NCBI GenBank assembly: GCA_963795085.1
Contig: CAWCFX010000004.1
Coordinates: 352,001 to 416,000, forward strand
DNA length: 64,000 nucleotides
Direction of reading: 5' to 3'
Source of the DNA: an uncultured Gemmatimonadales bacterium
GTDB lineage: Bacteria; Gemmatimonadota; Gemmatimonadetes; Gemmatimonadales; GWC2-71-9
Of the stretch, positions 50,494 through 59,709 are shown in pieces (the first letter of the stretch is position 1; every line of letters starts with the position of its first letter). A program made the translations under genes and the position numbers. Under the pieces are notes generated by a model that was given only the letters and a program-made list of their open reading frames with translations, did no database searches and was not told the origin of the DNA.

Positions 50494-51045
50494 GTGACCG
50501 TTCTGACTGATCGTGCCGCTGGACTCCGGCTCATCCCGGAGCAGGACGAAGTCGCGCTGGCCGCCGCCGGGGACGCCGCCGCCTTCGAGCGGCTCTACCG
50601 GCGGCATGTCAACCGGGTCCATGGGCTGGCCCGCTGGCTGCTGGGGCCCGACGAAGCGGAAGACGCCGTGCAGGATGTGTTCGTGCGGGTCTGGCAGAAG
50701 CTGTCGCAGTTCGAAGGCCGCGCCGCTTTCGGCACCTGGCTGCACCGGTTGGCCGTCAGCGTCCTGCTGCGCCGCCGGCAGAACCGCGGCATCCGGGAAA
50801 GCCGGCACCCGGTGGGCGACGATGGAATGGAGCTCCTGGCCGGGCCGCCTTCCACCCCGGACATGCGGGTGGCGATCGAAGCGGCGGTGGACCGGCTCCC
50901 TGCGGGGGCTCGAGAGGTCTTCGTGCTGCACGACATGGAAGGTTACAAGCACGAGGAAATCGGAGTGATGCTGGGCGTGACCGCCGGTACTTCCCGGGCC
51001 CAGTTGCACCGGGCCCGCCGGATGCTGCAGCAGCACCTGGGGTAA
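50494..51045 (+). CDS. ECF RNA polymerase sigma factor
   Basis: AFERLY, AEDAVQDVF, TWLHRL, YKHEEIGVMLG..GTSRAQLHRAR. Confidence 0.93.
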   Translation: MTVLTDRAAGLRLIPEQDEVALAAAGDAAAFERLYRRHVNRVHGLARWLLGPDEAEDAVQDVFVRVWQKLSQFEGRAAFGTWLHRLAVSVLLRRRQNRGIRESRHPVGDDGMELLAGPPSTPDMRVAIEAAVDRLPAGAREVFVLHDMEGYKHEEIGVMLGVTAGTSRAQLHRARRMLQQHLG

Positions 51046-51066
51046 CCACGACGATTGGATATTGCC

Positions 51067-51729
51067 ATGCACCGCACGATCGAACAGCTCAGCGCCTACT
51101 CCGACGGAGACCTGGACCCGGCGGAGCGGCAGTTCACCGCGCTCCACCTGGCCGAGTGCGCCGAGTGCCGGGAATCGTATGACCGGATGCTGGCCGTGAA
51201 GAGCTGGGCCCCCCGCTACGAGGGTCTGCCTCCGTCCCGCGATCTGTGGCCGGCCATTGCCTCGGCGCTGACCCCCGAAGCGGCCCCCCGGCGGAAGCCG
51301 GGAGCCTGGCGGGGCCGCCGAGTCACGGTTCCTCTGCCCCTGCTGGCGGCCGCCGCTGTTCTGCTCGTCGTGGTCGGCGGCCTGCTGGCCCGCACCTCCC
51401 GCGCGCCCGCCCCGGCGCCGGCGGCGGGGGCACCGGGCCCGGTGCGCTACTGGAATGCAGACCGGGCCCAGGCCACCGACGCCGAATACGACGCCGCGAT
51501 CACCGAACTGGAAGCGATCCTGGCCACCAGCGATACCACCCTGGAACCCGGCACCCTGGCCGTGATCCGGGAGAGCCTGGCAGACATCGACACCGCCATT
51601 GCGGAGGCCCGCCAGGCCATCGCGCGAGATTCCAGCAACACCTATCTCAACGCCAGCATCGCGCAGTACATGCGACGCAAGCTGGGCATTCTGCGGAAAG
51701 CGGCCCAGGCCGCAACCGCCTCATCCTGA
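51067..51729 (+). CDS. Zinc-finger (HxxxCxxC) anti-sigma factor
   Basis: LSAYSDGDL, HLAECAEC, single TM. Confidence 0.88.
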   Translation: MHRTIEQLSAYSDGDLDPAERQFTALHLAECAECRESYDRMLAVKSWAPRYEGLPPSRDLWPAIASALTPEAAPRRKPGAWRGRRVTVPLPLLAAAAVLLVVVGGLLARTSRAPAPAPAAGAPGPVRYWNADRAQATDAEYDAAITELEAILATSDTTLEPGTLAVIRESLADIDTAIAEARQAIARDSSNTYLNASIAQYMRRKLGILRKAAQAATASS

Positions 51730-51741
51730 CCGGGAATCGAC

Positions 51742-52617
51742 ATGCTGCTCCCACTCCTGCTTGCCACGCTGGCCTTCGCCCCCCAGCAGACCGATACCAT
51801 CATCCCGGTGGCCACCGGCACCCGGCTTGAAGTCAACAACCCGGGCGGCGAAATCAAGGTCCGGGTCTGGGATCGCAACGCCGTGCAGGTCCGGGCCCGC
51901 CACTCCGCCCGCACCACCGTGTTGATCCGCAGTGGGGGGTCCGTTCTCCGGATCCGATCCGAAGCGAAACACGGCCCGGCCAACATCGTGGACTACGACC
52001 TGACAGTGCCCGCCTGGCTGCCGCTCAGCCTGGAGGGGATGTACAGCGACATGAGCATCGAGGGTACCCGGGCGGAGGTGAAAGTAGAGACGCTTAACGG
52101 GAACATCCTGGTGAAGGGCGGCACCGGCACACTCAAGCTGAACTCGGTACAGGGAGCGGTGGTGGTGGAGGGCGCCCGGGGCCGGCTCGAGCTCCACTCG
52201 GTCTCGGAGGGTATCCGGGTCATCGACGCCGAGGGCGACATCACGGCGGAGACCATCAGCGGAAGCCTGGAGTTCGTGCGGGTACGGTCCCGGTCGGTCG
52301 AAGCGGGGACGTTGAGCGGGGAGATCCTCTACGACGGGAGTTTCCTGGACGGGGGCCAGTACAGCTTCGTCAGCCATAGCGGCGACATCCTCCTCGGCGT
52401 CCCCGAATCGGCGAGCGCCACCTTCCACATCGCCACTCTGGACGGTGAAGTGAACAATCTCTTCCCGGTGCAGGGGCTGGAGCGGCCGAGCAAGCGGCGG
52501 ACCACCTTCCGGGTGGGTGGCGGGAGCGCCCGGGTGGATGTCGAGAGCTTCAACGGCAGCGTCCGGGTGGGCCGGCCCGGGCAGCTGAGCCTCACCCGCG
52601 ACGATGATGAGAACTAG
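51742..52617 (+). CDS. DUF4097-like beta-strand repeat protein
   Basis: Signal peptide; repeated TxxGxI/V motifs. Confidence 0.8.
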   Translation: MLLPLLLATLAFAPQQTDTIIPVATGTRLEVNNPGGEIKVRVWDRNAVQVRARHSARTTVLIRSGGSVLRIRSEAKHGPANIVDYDLTVPAWLPLSLEGMYSDMSIEGTRAEVKVETLNGNILVKGGTGTLKLNSVQGAVVVEGARGRLELHSVSEGIRVIDAEGDITAETISGSLEFVRVRSRSVEAGTLSGEILYDGSFLDGGQYSFVSHSGDILLGVPESASATFHIATLDGEVNNLFPVQGLERPSKRRTTFRVGGGSARVDVESFNGSVRVGRPGQLSLTRDDDEN

Positions 52618-53479
52618 GCTCATGATTCCCGCGCTCGCTTTGCTGACGCTGCTCGGGGTCCAGGGCGGCAGCCCAACTGCCCCCTTCGCCTGGAAGGAAA
52701 TCGTTCCGGCGGGTACTACCATTGAGGTCCGCGGCATCGTGGGGAGCATCAGCGCGGTGGCCGGGGCCGGGCGCGAGGTCGAGGTCACCGGGACCCGGAT
52801 TTCGGGGCATGTGGGCCCCCCCGGGGCCGTGGAGATCCGGGTGCTGCGAGAGGGAAGCCGGATCATCATCTGCGCGATTTATCCGCGGGACGACCGGTGG
52901 AATCACCCCGATGCCGGGTCGGAGGGCCGGGACGCCTGTGAGCAGGCCCAGGATGATGCTCCCCGGATCCGGGGCGGCAATGACACCCGGGTTGATTTCC
53001 AGGCCCGGTTGCCGGCGGGGGTTCACTTCGTGGGCCATACGGTGACGGAGGGTGTCGTGCTCAGCGGCCTGCGAGGGAATGCCGAAGGTTACAGCGTGGC
53101 GGGAACGGTACGGATTTCGGACGTGCGCGGCGACGTGGTGGATGCCGCATCCATCGGTGGTGACATCACGCTCGAGCGGGTAGATGCACGGGAGGTCTAT
53201 GCCGGCACCCTGAGCGGCGACGTCCGCTTTACCGGCGCGATTCACCGGGGCGGCGACTACAGTTTCCTCACGCACAGTGGCCACCTGTCCGTCGTGCTTC
53301 CCCGCGCTGCGGGGGTGACCCTGGCGGTGTACAGCCCGCGCGGTGGCCTGGAATCCGCGGTTCCCCTTACCCCCGCCGCGGATACCCGGAAGCGGTTCGG
53401 GGGGCGCCGGGGCGATGGGAGCGCCCGAATGAGGCTGACTACCATGAACGGCGAGGTCACTATCCGGGACGCCGACTAG
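52607..53479 (+). CDS. DUF4097-like beta-strand repeat protein
   Basis: Signal peptide; repeated SxxGxI motifs; overlaps upstream stop. Confidence 0.75.
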   Translation: MRTRLMIPALALLTLLGVQGGSPTAPFAWKEIVPAGTTIEVRGIVGSISAVAGAGREVEVTGTRISGHVGPPGAVEIRVLREGSRIIICAIYPRDDRWNHPDAGSEGRDACEQAQDDAPRIRGGNDTRVDFQARLPAGVHFVGHTVTEGVVLSGLRGNAEGYSVAGTVRISDVRGDVVDAASIGGDITLERVDAREVYAGTLSGDVRFTGAIHRGGDYSFLTHSGHLSVVLPRAAGVTLAVYSPRGGLESAVPLTPAADTRKRFGGRRGDGSARMRLTTMNGEVTIRDAD

Positions 53480-53673
53480 ACTTGCAATTCCCAGACACCC
53501 AACGAGGACTGTATTGGATCGTGACATTGTCCCATCCATCGCGATAATAAGTTAACTCATTCATAGACAACGTCTTAAGTAATACAGCCTGCTCTGGCGC
53601 CGGTCTCGGCACGTCCATTGCCGATACACAGGGTGACGCTCTTATCCCTACCACCCGAGCAGGAGCTTGACCC

Positions 53674-54525
53674 GTGCTGGACCTCTTCCGTGGGGCTCGT
53701 CGGCTGGCGCCGGCCATTCTTGCCGCCGTCCTGACCGTGGGTTGCGGCGACGCCGCGCTCAAGGAAACCAATCTTGGCTCGATCACGGATATCGTCACGG
53801 CGGTGGGAACGGCCGATGGTACCGTAGGGGGCTCCCTGGTGGCGGGCGAACGGCCGGCCTCCGATGCGAGCGGCCCCACCCTGACCGTCTCCGGCGTGCC
53901 CACGGCCATCAATGGCGGCAGCATCCGGGCGACCCTCACGGCGTCGGCACCCTTTACCCGGGCGATCGTCTCGATCCAGAGCCACGAGGACTACTACCAG
54001 GTGGACCTCGCCAACCCGGTGACCTCCGTTGACCTGGTGATCACGTTGAGCCAGGACGCTCCCCAGGCGACGCTGGGGTTGATCTATGCCGCCGCGCCGG
54101 CCAGCGGACCCTTCGGCAACCTGCTCACCCAGAGCATCAACATGCTGCGGGTGGGTGCGGGCGACGTACAGGTGAGTGTGACCTGGGATGCGCCGACCGA
54201 CGTGGACCTCCACGTGGTGGACCCCGCGCAGGAAGAGATCTATTTCGCCAACCTCACCTCGGCGAGCGGCGGAACCCTGGACCTCGATTCCAATGCGGCC
54301 TGCACCATCGACGGCATCAACAACGAGAATATCACCTGGCCGGTGAGCGGAGCCCCGTCCGGCACCTACGAGGTCAGCCTGGTTTACTGGTCGGCCTGCA
54401 GCCAGCCGCAGACCAACTACACCGTGACCGTGTTCGTCCGGGGCCAGGCGGCCCAGGTGTTCAGCGGCACCATGGTGACGTCCAACGCCAACACCAAGAT
54501 CCCGATCACGACCTTTACCAGGTAA
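53674..54525 (+). CDS. Lipoprotein with YfaP/DUF2135-like domain
   Basis: AGGAG SD; lipobox TVGC; VTWDAPTDVDLHVVDP, LDLDSN, NENI. Confidence 0.78.
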   Translation: MLDLFRGARRLAPAILAAVLTVGCGDAALKETNLGSITDIVTAVGTADGTVGGSLVAGERPASDASGPTLTVSGVPTAINGGSIRATLTASAPFTRAIVSIQSHEDYYQVDLANPVTSVDLVITLSQDAPQATLGLIYAAAPASGPFGNLLTQSINMLRVGAGDVQVSVTWDAPTDVDLHVVDPAQEEIYFANLTSASGGTLDLDSNAACTIDGINNENITWPVSGAPSGTYEVSLVYWSACSQPQTNYTVTVFVRGQAAQVFSGTMVTSNANTKIPITTFTR

Positions 54526-54785
54526 CCGCCATGGCAGACGCCAGCCGCTGACCGCCGGGTTCCAGCAGTCTGACTGAGCGCCTGACGCCTCTGCCGCCAA
54601 TAGACCGGGGGATCGTGACCGTACGATTCCCCGGTCGCTTTTCCTGTGCATGTCATTGCACGTCACCCGGTGATGCAGTACCGGCGTGGGTGGTGACGCG
54701 GCTTACCTGTGATTCCCGTTACGGTGATGCGTCCGGCGGAGATGTAGCCTCGAGTGTCGTTCGGCTTCATCTACCAGGAGGGTCT

Positions 54786-55448
54786 GTGTCGACAATCAGT
54801 CTGGCGTCGCTGCGTCAGTTTCCGGAGTCGCTCCGCCCCCAGTTGCATGTGGCCTACGCGGCGGCGCGCGAGTCCCTGGTCGAGACCCACTCCGCCCAGG
54901 CGGTCCGGTTTACCGAGGAGTTCGCGCGGCGGATGCCCCCCCTCGAGGCGCTCGACCTGTATTTCCGGGTGGTGCCGGTTCCCCAGTCCATGACCGAATC
55001 GGTGATCAGCCGGGCCCTGGTCAGTCTCGATTTCGACCGCCTGCCCCAGGCGCCCGCGGTAGCGCCCCTCATGGGCAGCGTGAGGCTGCTCCGGCTTGAT
55101 CTCACGGTCGGGTTGATTCGCCGCCGCCGCCAGACGCTGGAAACCACCCACCAGCTGGCCCGGCTGGCCGGCGCCCGTGCCGCGGACGCAGTGCTCGACA
55201 CCCACGTGCTGAACGCGGCACGGATCGCGGAGATCCTCCACCACGTCGTCTGGGTGGATGATGCCGTCAGTCACTACATCCATTGCTTCCGCCTGCCGTT
55301 GCCGACCGCCTACATGGTATTCCAGCGGACCCGGGCCATGGTGGCCGATCGGAACCTGGCGGAGCTGCTCCCCCCGGCCAGCGAGCCCAGGGTAGTCCCG
55401 GTGCCGGAGTTGGCGATTGGCGAACGGCGAGTCAGGATCGCGGGATAG
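54786..55448 (+). CDS. Hypothetical protein with two internal ~60-aa repeats
   Basis: AGGAGG SD before GTG 54786; duplicated A..A.....TH...A.R..E...A...Y......P......V..R pattern. Confidence 0.7.
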   Translation: MSTISLASLRQFPESLRPQLHVAYAAARESLVETHSAQAVRFTEEFARRMPPLEALDLYFRVVPVPQSMTESVISRALVSLDFDRLPQAPAVAPLMGSVRLLRLDLTVGLIRRRRQTLETTHQLARLAGARAADAVLDTHVLNAARIAEILHHVVWVDDAVSHYIHCFRLPLPTAYMVFQRTRAMVADRNLAELLPPASEPRVVPVPELAIGERRVRIAG

Positions 55449-55485
55449 AAACGTCAGGCTGGGACTTCAGGTGGGAGATCGGGCC

Positions 55486-57036
55486 TCACACTCCGTGGGG
55501 CCTTATGCTTTTCTCCACCCATCCCAGCGCGCCATCCACCAGCAGGGCGAGCAGTGCGGCCGGGAGGGCGCCGGACATGATCATCCGAGTGTCCGCCAGG
55601 GCCAGGCCAGCCACGATCGGGTCCCCCAGGCCGCCCGCCCCGATGAAGGCCGCCAGCGTCGCCGTTCCCACGTTGATCACCGCCGCAGTCCGGATGCCGG
55701 CCATGACCACCGGTGCCGCCAGCGGAAGCCGGATGTATCGGAGGATCTGGCCTGCCGTCATCCCCAGGGCCATGCCGGCGGCCACCGCCGCCGGCGCCGC
55801 GTCACGGAGTCCGGTGTAGGTATTCCGCAGGACCGGATAGAGGGAGTAGAGAAAAAGCGCCAGCAGTGCGGGAATCAGCCCGATGCCGAGGAAGGGCAGC
55901 ATGAAGGCCAGCAGGGCGATGCTGGGAATCGTCTGCATGACGCCCACGCTGCGAATCACCGATTCGGCCCCGCCCCGGGCCCGTTCCAGCAGGAGGCCGA
56001 GGGGGACCGCGATGAGAATCGCCGCCGTGAGCGAGACTGCCACCAGGACCAGGTGGCGCAGGGTGAGGGCCAGCATGGTGCCCCGGCTTTCCCACAGATA
56101 GGCCCAGAACGATTCGGGGGAACGAACGGCCGGCGGGGCCGAGCCGGCCGTGAGACCCAGCTGGTGGAGCGCATCGCGCGCCACGATGGCGACCGGAGTG
56201 GCTTCCACCTCGATGCGCCGGTTGAGCCGGCGCATCGAGGTCGCGTCCAAACGACCGCTGAGCCGGCTCAGGATGTCCACCGCACCTGGCGCATCCCGCA
56301 GCAGCGCGGGCCCGGCGAGGTAGGCAGCCTCGTATGGCGGAAAGAACCGGCGATCGTCCCTGAGGACAACCAGGTTGTACCGGGACAGCATGCCATCGGT
56401 GGAATATCCGTCCACCAGGTCCACCGAGCCGGCGGCGAGCGCCTGGTACTTTACGGCCTGCAGGAGGGAGCGGACTTCGCGCGGATGAATGCCATAGGCC
56501 GTGCGAAGCCCGGGCAGACCATCGCTCCTGCCGATAAAGTCCGGGGTGAATCCCGCGATGAGTCCGGGCGCCGCTCCCGCAAGGTCGGAAAGCGTCTCCA
56601 GCTGGTATTCCGCGGCGGTTTCGGGCCGCACCGCGATGGCATAGGTGTTTTCGAATCCCAGCGGCGGCAGCCACTGGACCCCAAACCTCCGGATGAACTC
56701 GAACCGGACGAGTTGGTATGCCGCCTCCGGGTCCCGCATCGGCGGCCGTTTGAGAATCGCCAGCAGGCCGGTCCCGGTGTATTCCGGGTACACATCCACC
56801 TTGCCCTCCCGGAGCGCCGCGAACGCGATCTCGGTGGCTCCGAGGCCCAACCGGCGGTCCACCCGGTATCCATTGGCCTCCAGGAGCTGGGCCGCCATCT
56901 CCGCCAGCAGGTACGATTCACCAAACGGCTTGGACGCGATCACCAGCGGCCGGGACGGCTGCTGTCCCGGCAGCGGTGCGGCGACCGCCGCCAGCAGGAA
57001 CGCCAGCAGCAGGCGGACGACCGCAACCCGGCTCAT
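55486..57036 (-). CDS. Fused substrate-binding/permease subunit of betaine-type ABC transporter (EgtU/OpuBC-like)
   Basis: SKPFGES, PEYTGT, GFENTYA, YSTDG, FFPPY, then QTIPSIALL and GAGGLG permease motifs. Confidence 0.88.
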   Translation of the reverse strand: MSRVAVVRLLLAFLLAAVAAPLPGQQPSRPLVIASKPFGESYLLAEMAAQLLEANGYRVDRRLGLGATEIAFAALREGKVDVYPEYTGTGLLAILKRPPMRDPEAAYQLVRFEFIRRFGVQWLPPLGFENTYAIAVRPETAAEYQLETLSDLAGAAPGLIAGFTPDFIGRSDGLPGLRTAYGIHPREVRSLLQAVKYQALAAGSVDLVDGYSTDGMLSRYNLVVLRDDRRFFPPYEAAYLAGPALLRDAPGAVDILSRLSGRLDATSMRRLNRRIEVEATPVAIVARDALHQLGLTAGSAPPAVRSPESFWAYLWESRGTMLALTLRHLVLVAVSLTAAILIAVPLGLLLERARGGAESVIRSVGVMQTIPSIALLAFMLPFLGIGLIPALLALFLYSLYPVLRNTYTGLRDAAPAAVAAGMALGMTAGQILRYIRLPLAAPVVMAGIRTAAVINVGTATLAAFIGAGGLGDPIVAGLALADTRMIMSGALPAALLALLVDGALGWVEKSIRPHGV

Positions 57037-57770
57037 GGGAGCCGGACTCCGGCCCGCTGCAGCAGTTGCCGGACGTACAACGTGGCCGGCTTTTCCAGGA
57101 GCTCGCCGGCGGGCGCCAGCTGCTCGATCCGGCCCTGCCGCATCACTCCGATCCGGTCGGCCAGCCGGATCGCCTCGGCGATATCGTGGGTGACCAGCAG
57201 CATGGTGACGGAGATCCGGGTCCGGAGTTCCCGGAAGGCCTCCTGCAGGTCGCCGCGGGTGATGGCATCGAGGGCACCGAACGGCTCGTCCAGCAGGATG
57301 ACCGCGGGGTCCGGCGCCAGCGCCCGCGCGATGGCCACCCGCTGCCGCTGCCCGCCGGAGAGATCGCCCGGCCAGCGGTGCCGGAACAGGGGGGCGGGGA
57401 GCCCCACCAATTCGAGCGACCGGTCCGCCCGGGGTCCTGCATCGGGGAGGTCCAGCAGCCATGGCACCAGCGCCACGTTCCGATGGACGGTCCAGTGCGG
57501 CAGCAAGCCTCCCTCCTGGGGCACGTAGCCGGTCCGGCGCCGGAGCAGCACCGGATCCAGCGAGGCGGCATCCTTTCCTTCGACCAGTATGCGGCCCCCA
57601 TCGGGCACTACCATGCGGTTGAAGCAGCGAAGCAGGGTCGTCTTGCCCGACCCGCTCTCGCCCACCAGCGCGACGCACTCACCCGCCTCCACCGCCAGCG
57701 AGACCCGGTCCAGGGCGGTGACCGGGCCGAAGCGCCTGACGATGTCGATGGCCTCCAGCGCAGGGTGCAT
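57033..57770 (-). CDS. ABC transporter ATP-binding subunit (OpuA/EgtV-like)
   Basis: GESGSGKTT, LSGGQRQR, LLDEPFGALD, VTHD. Confidence 0.92.
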   Translation of the reverse strand: MHPALEAIDIVRRFGPVTALDRVSLAVEAGECVALVGESGSGKTTLLRCFNRMVVPDGGRILVEGKDAASLDPVLLRRRTGYVPQEGGLLPHWTVHRNVALVPWLLDLPDAGPRADRSLELVGLPAPLFRHRWPGDLSGGQRQRVAIARALAPDPAVILLDEPFGALDAITRGDLQEAFRELRTRISVTMLLVTHDIAEAIRLADRIGVMRQGRIEQLAPAGELLEKPATLYVRQLLQRAGVRLP

Positions 57771-57781
57771 GGGCCGCGCCG

Positions 57782-58177
57782 CTATTCCTGGTCGAATCGG
57801 AGCGAAACGGAATTGATGCAGTAGCGCAGGCCGGTGGGGTCGGGGCCGTCGTCGAACACGTGGCCCAGGTGGCCTTCGCAGCGGGAGCAATGCACCTCGG
57901 TCCGGCGCGCGAGGAGGCTGTCGTCGGACTCGGTGGCGACGCTGTCCGGCTGGACCGGCGCCGAGAAGCTGGGCCACCCGGTTCCCGAGTCGAACTTGGT
58001 GTCGGCGGCGAAGAGTGGCTGGCCGCAGCCGGCGCAGACGTAGGTGCCCTTTTCCTTTGAGTCCCAGAACCGCCCCGAAAAGGCCCGTTCTGTCCCCTTG
58101 TGCCGGAGGACGCGGTATTCCTCCGGGCTCAGCTCCCGGGCCCAGTCAGCATCGGATTTCTTGATTTTCTCGCTCAT
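57782..58177 (-). CDS. msrB: Methionine-R-sulfoxide reductase
   Basis: GTERAF, CAGC, GTGWPSF, CSRC, HLGHVF, RYCINS. Confidence 0.96.
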   Translation of the reverse strand: MSEKIKKSDADWARELSPEEYRVLRHKGTERAFSGRFWDSKEKGTYVCAGCGQPLFAADTKFDSGTGWPSFSAPVQPDSVATESDDSLLARRTEVHCSRCEGHLGHVFDDGPDPTGLRYCINSVSLRFDQE

Positions 58178-58371
58178 CCTGCCCTCCCGTCTGGAAATGG
58201 GAACTGGGGCGGCCCCTCGGTGTAAACCTAAGTGCCCCTTCGGTTTTTCCCGACACGTCGGGGGAGTTCACCACCCCAAAATGTGACTTGCGGCCTTTCG
58301 GGGAACCGATTCTGGGTTTATATGCGTTAAGTACTCTGGTTTTCGCATTCCGCCCCACACCCTCGAGATCC

Positions 58372-59709
58372 ATGACTGTGCACGCCGAGTTGCAGGTTCA
58401 CCCTTCCTATTTCGCCGAGCTCCTGGCCGAGGCGCGGGCCCGGACCCTCCTGCTTGTGAGCCAGCTGAGCGAAGTGGAATTGCGAACCCAGCATGATGTC
58501 CTGATGAGTCCCATTATATGGGACCTTGGCCACATCGCCCACTTCGAAGATGTCTGGCTCTTCCAGAATGTCGAGACCGGCGGCGCGGGAAAGGAAGGCC
58601 TGAGCGGCATCTTCGATCCGTTCAGCAACCCCCGATCAATCCGGGGCGGGCTGCCGCTGCCCAGTCTCGAGGAGTGTCTCAACGTGATGGCGATGGTCCG
58701 CGCCCGCGTCCTGGAGAAACTCTTCGCCACCGATTTCGAGGGGAATATCCCCCTGCTGCGCGACGGCTACGTTTACCAGATGGTGCTGCAGCATGAGTAC
58801 CAGCACAACGAGACGATTCTGCAGACCCTGCAGCTCAAGCAGGGCGAACCCTACCGGGCACCCCGGTCGGGGCTTCGCCCCGCGGGGGCGGCGATCGCCG
58901 CCGAAGCCGCCTGCGACCCCTTCGGCGCCATGGTGCGATTTCCGGGCGGGCTGGTGCCCATGGGCACCAACGACCGTAGCGCCGCCTATGACAACGAACG
59001 CCCCGAGCACCGGGTGCGGCTTCGCCCGTTCTGGATGGACCAGACCCCGGTGACCAACCAGCAGTTCCAGAAGTTTATCGAGGCGGGCGGCTACCGCCGC
59101 CGGGAGTTCTGGTCCGATGCAGGCTGGGCCTTGGTGACGGCCGAGGGGCTGGAGGCGCCCAAGTACTGGTTCCTGAAAGATGGAGAGTGGCATACCCGTC
59201 ATATGGACCGGGTGGGCAGGATTTCTCCCGCCCTCCCGGTGTGCCACGTCTGCTATTACGAGGCGGAGGCGTTCGCGCGGTTCGCGGGGAAGCGGCTTCC
59301 CACGGAGAGCGAATGGGAGGCGGCCGCGTCCTGGGACCCGGAGGGGGGCCGGAAGCGCCTCTACCCCTGGGGGAACGAGGCGCCCACGGAAGGGCACGCC
59401 AACCTCGACCAGCTGAGCTTCGAGCCGGCCCCGGTGGGCGCGTATTCCGCGAACCTGTCGCCGATCGGATGCTACGGAATGATCGGCGATGTGTGGGAGT
59501 GGACGGCCACTGATTTCGGCGGGTATCCTGGCTACGAGACGTTCCCGTACCGGGAGTATTCCGAAGTCTTCTTCGGCTCCGAATACAAGGTGCTTCGGGG
59601 AGGCTCCTGGGCCACCCGCCCGGGGGCGATTCGCAACACTTTCCGTAACTGGGACTATCCGATCCGGCGGCAGATTTTCAGCGGCTTTCGCTGCGCCCGC
59701 GATGGATAA
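58372..59709 (+). CDS. egtB: Ergothioneine sulfoxide synthase, type I
   Basis: DinB-like MSPIIWDLGH, QHEYQH iron ligands; FGE-sulfatase domain; YREYS, RNWDYPIRRQIF. Confidence 0.88.
   Translation: MTVHAELQVHPSYFAELLAEARARTLLLVSQLSEVELRTQHDVLMSPIIWDLGHIAHFEDVWLFQNVETGGAGKEGLSGIFDPFSNPRSIRGGLPLPSLEECLNVMAMVRARVLEKLFATDFEGNIPLLRDGYVYQMVLQHEYQHNETILQTLQLKQGEPYRAPRSGLRPAGAAIAAEAACDPFGAMVRFPGGLVPMGTNDRSAAYDNERPEHRVRLRPFWMDQTPVTNQQFQKFIEAGGYRRREFWSDAGWALVTAEGLEAPKYWFLKDGEWHTRHMDRVGRISPALPVCHVCYYEAEAFARFAGKRLPTESEWEAAASWDPEGGRKRLYPWGNEAPTEGHANLDQLSFEPAPVGAYSANLSPIGCYGMIGDVWEWTATDFGGYPGYETFPYREYSEVFFGSEYKVLRGGSWATRPGAIRNTFRNWDYPIRRQIFSGFRCARDG

Noticed and set aside
57782..58177. Selenocysteine-containing MsrB
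   Set aside because: Catalytic position is Cys (RYCINS); no in-frame TGA
58372..59709. EgtB homolog as selenoneine synthase SenA
   Set aside because: No SenB or SelD nearby; the adjacent gamma-Glu-Cys ligase and type-I motif fit ergothioneine
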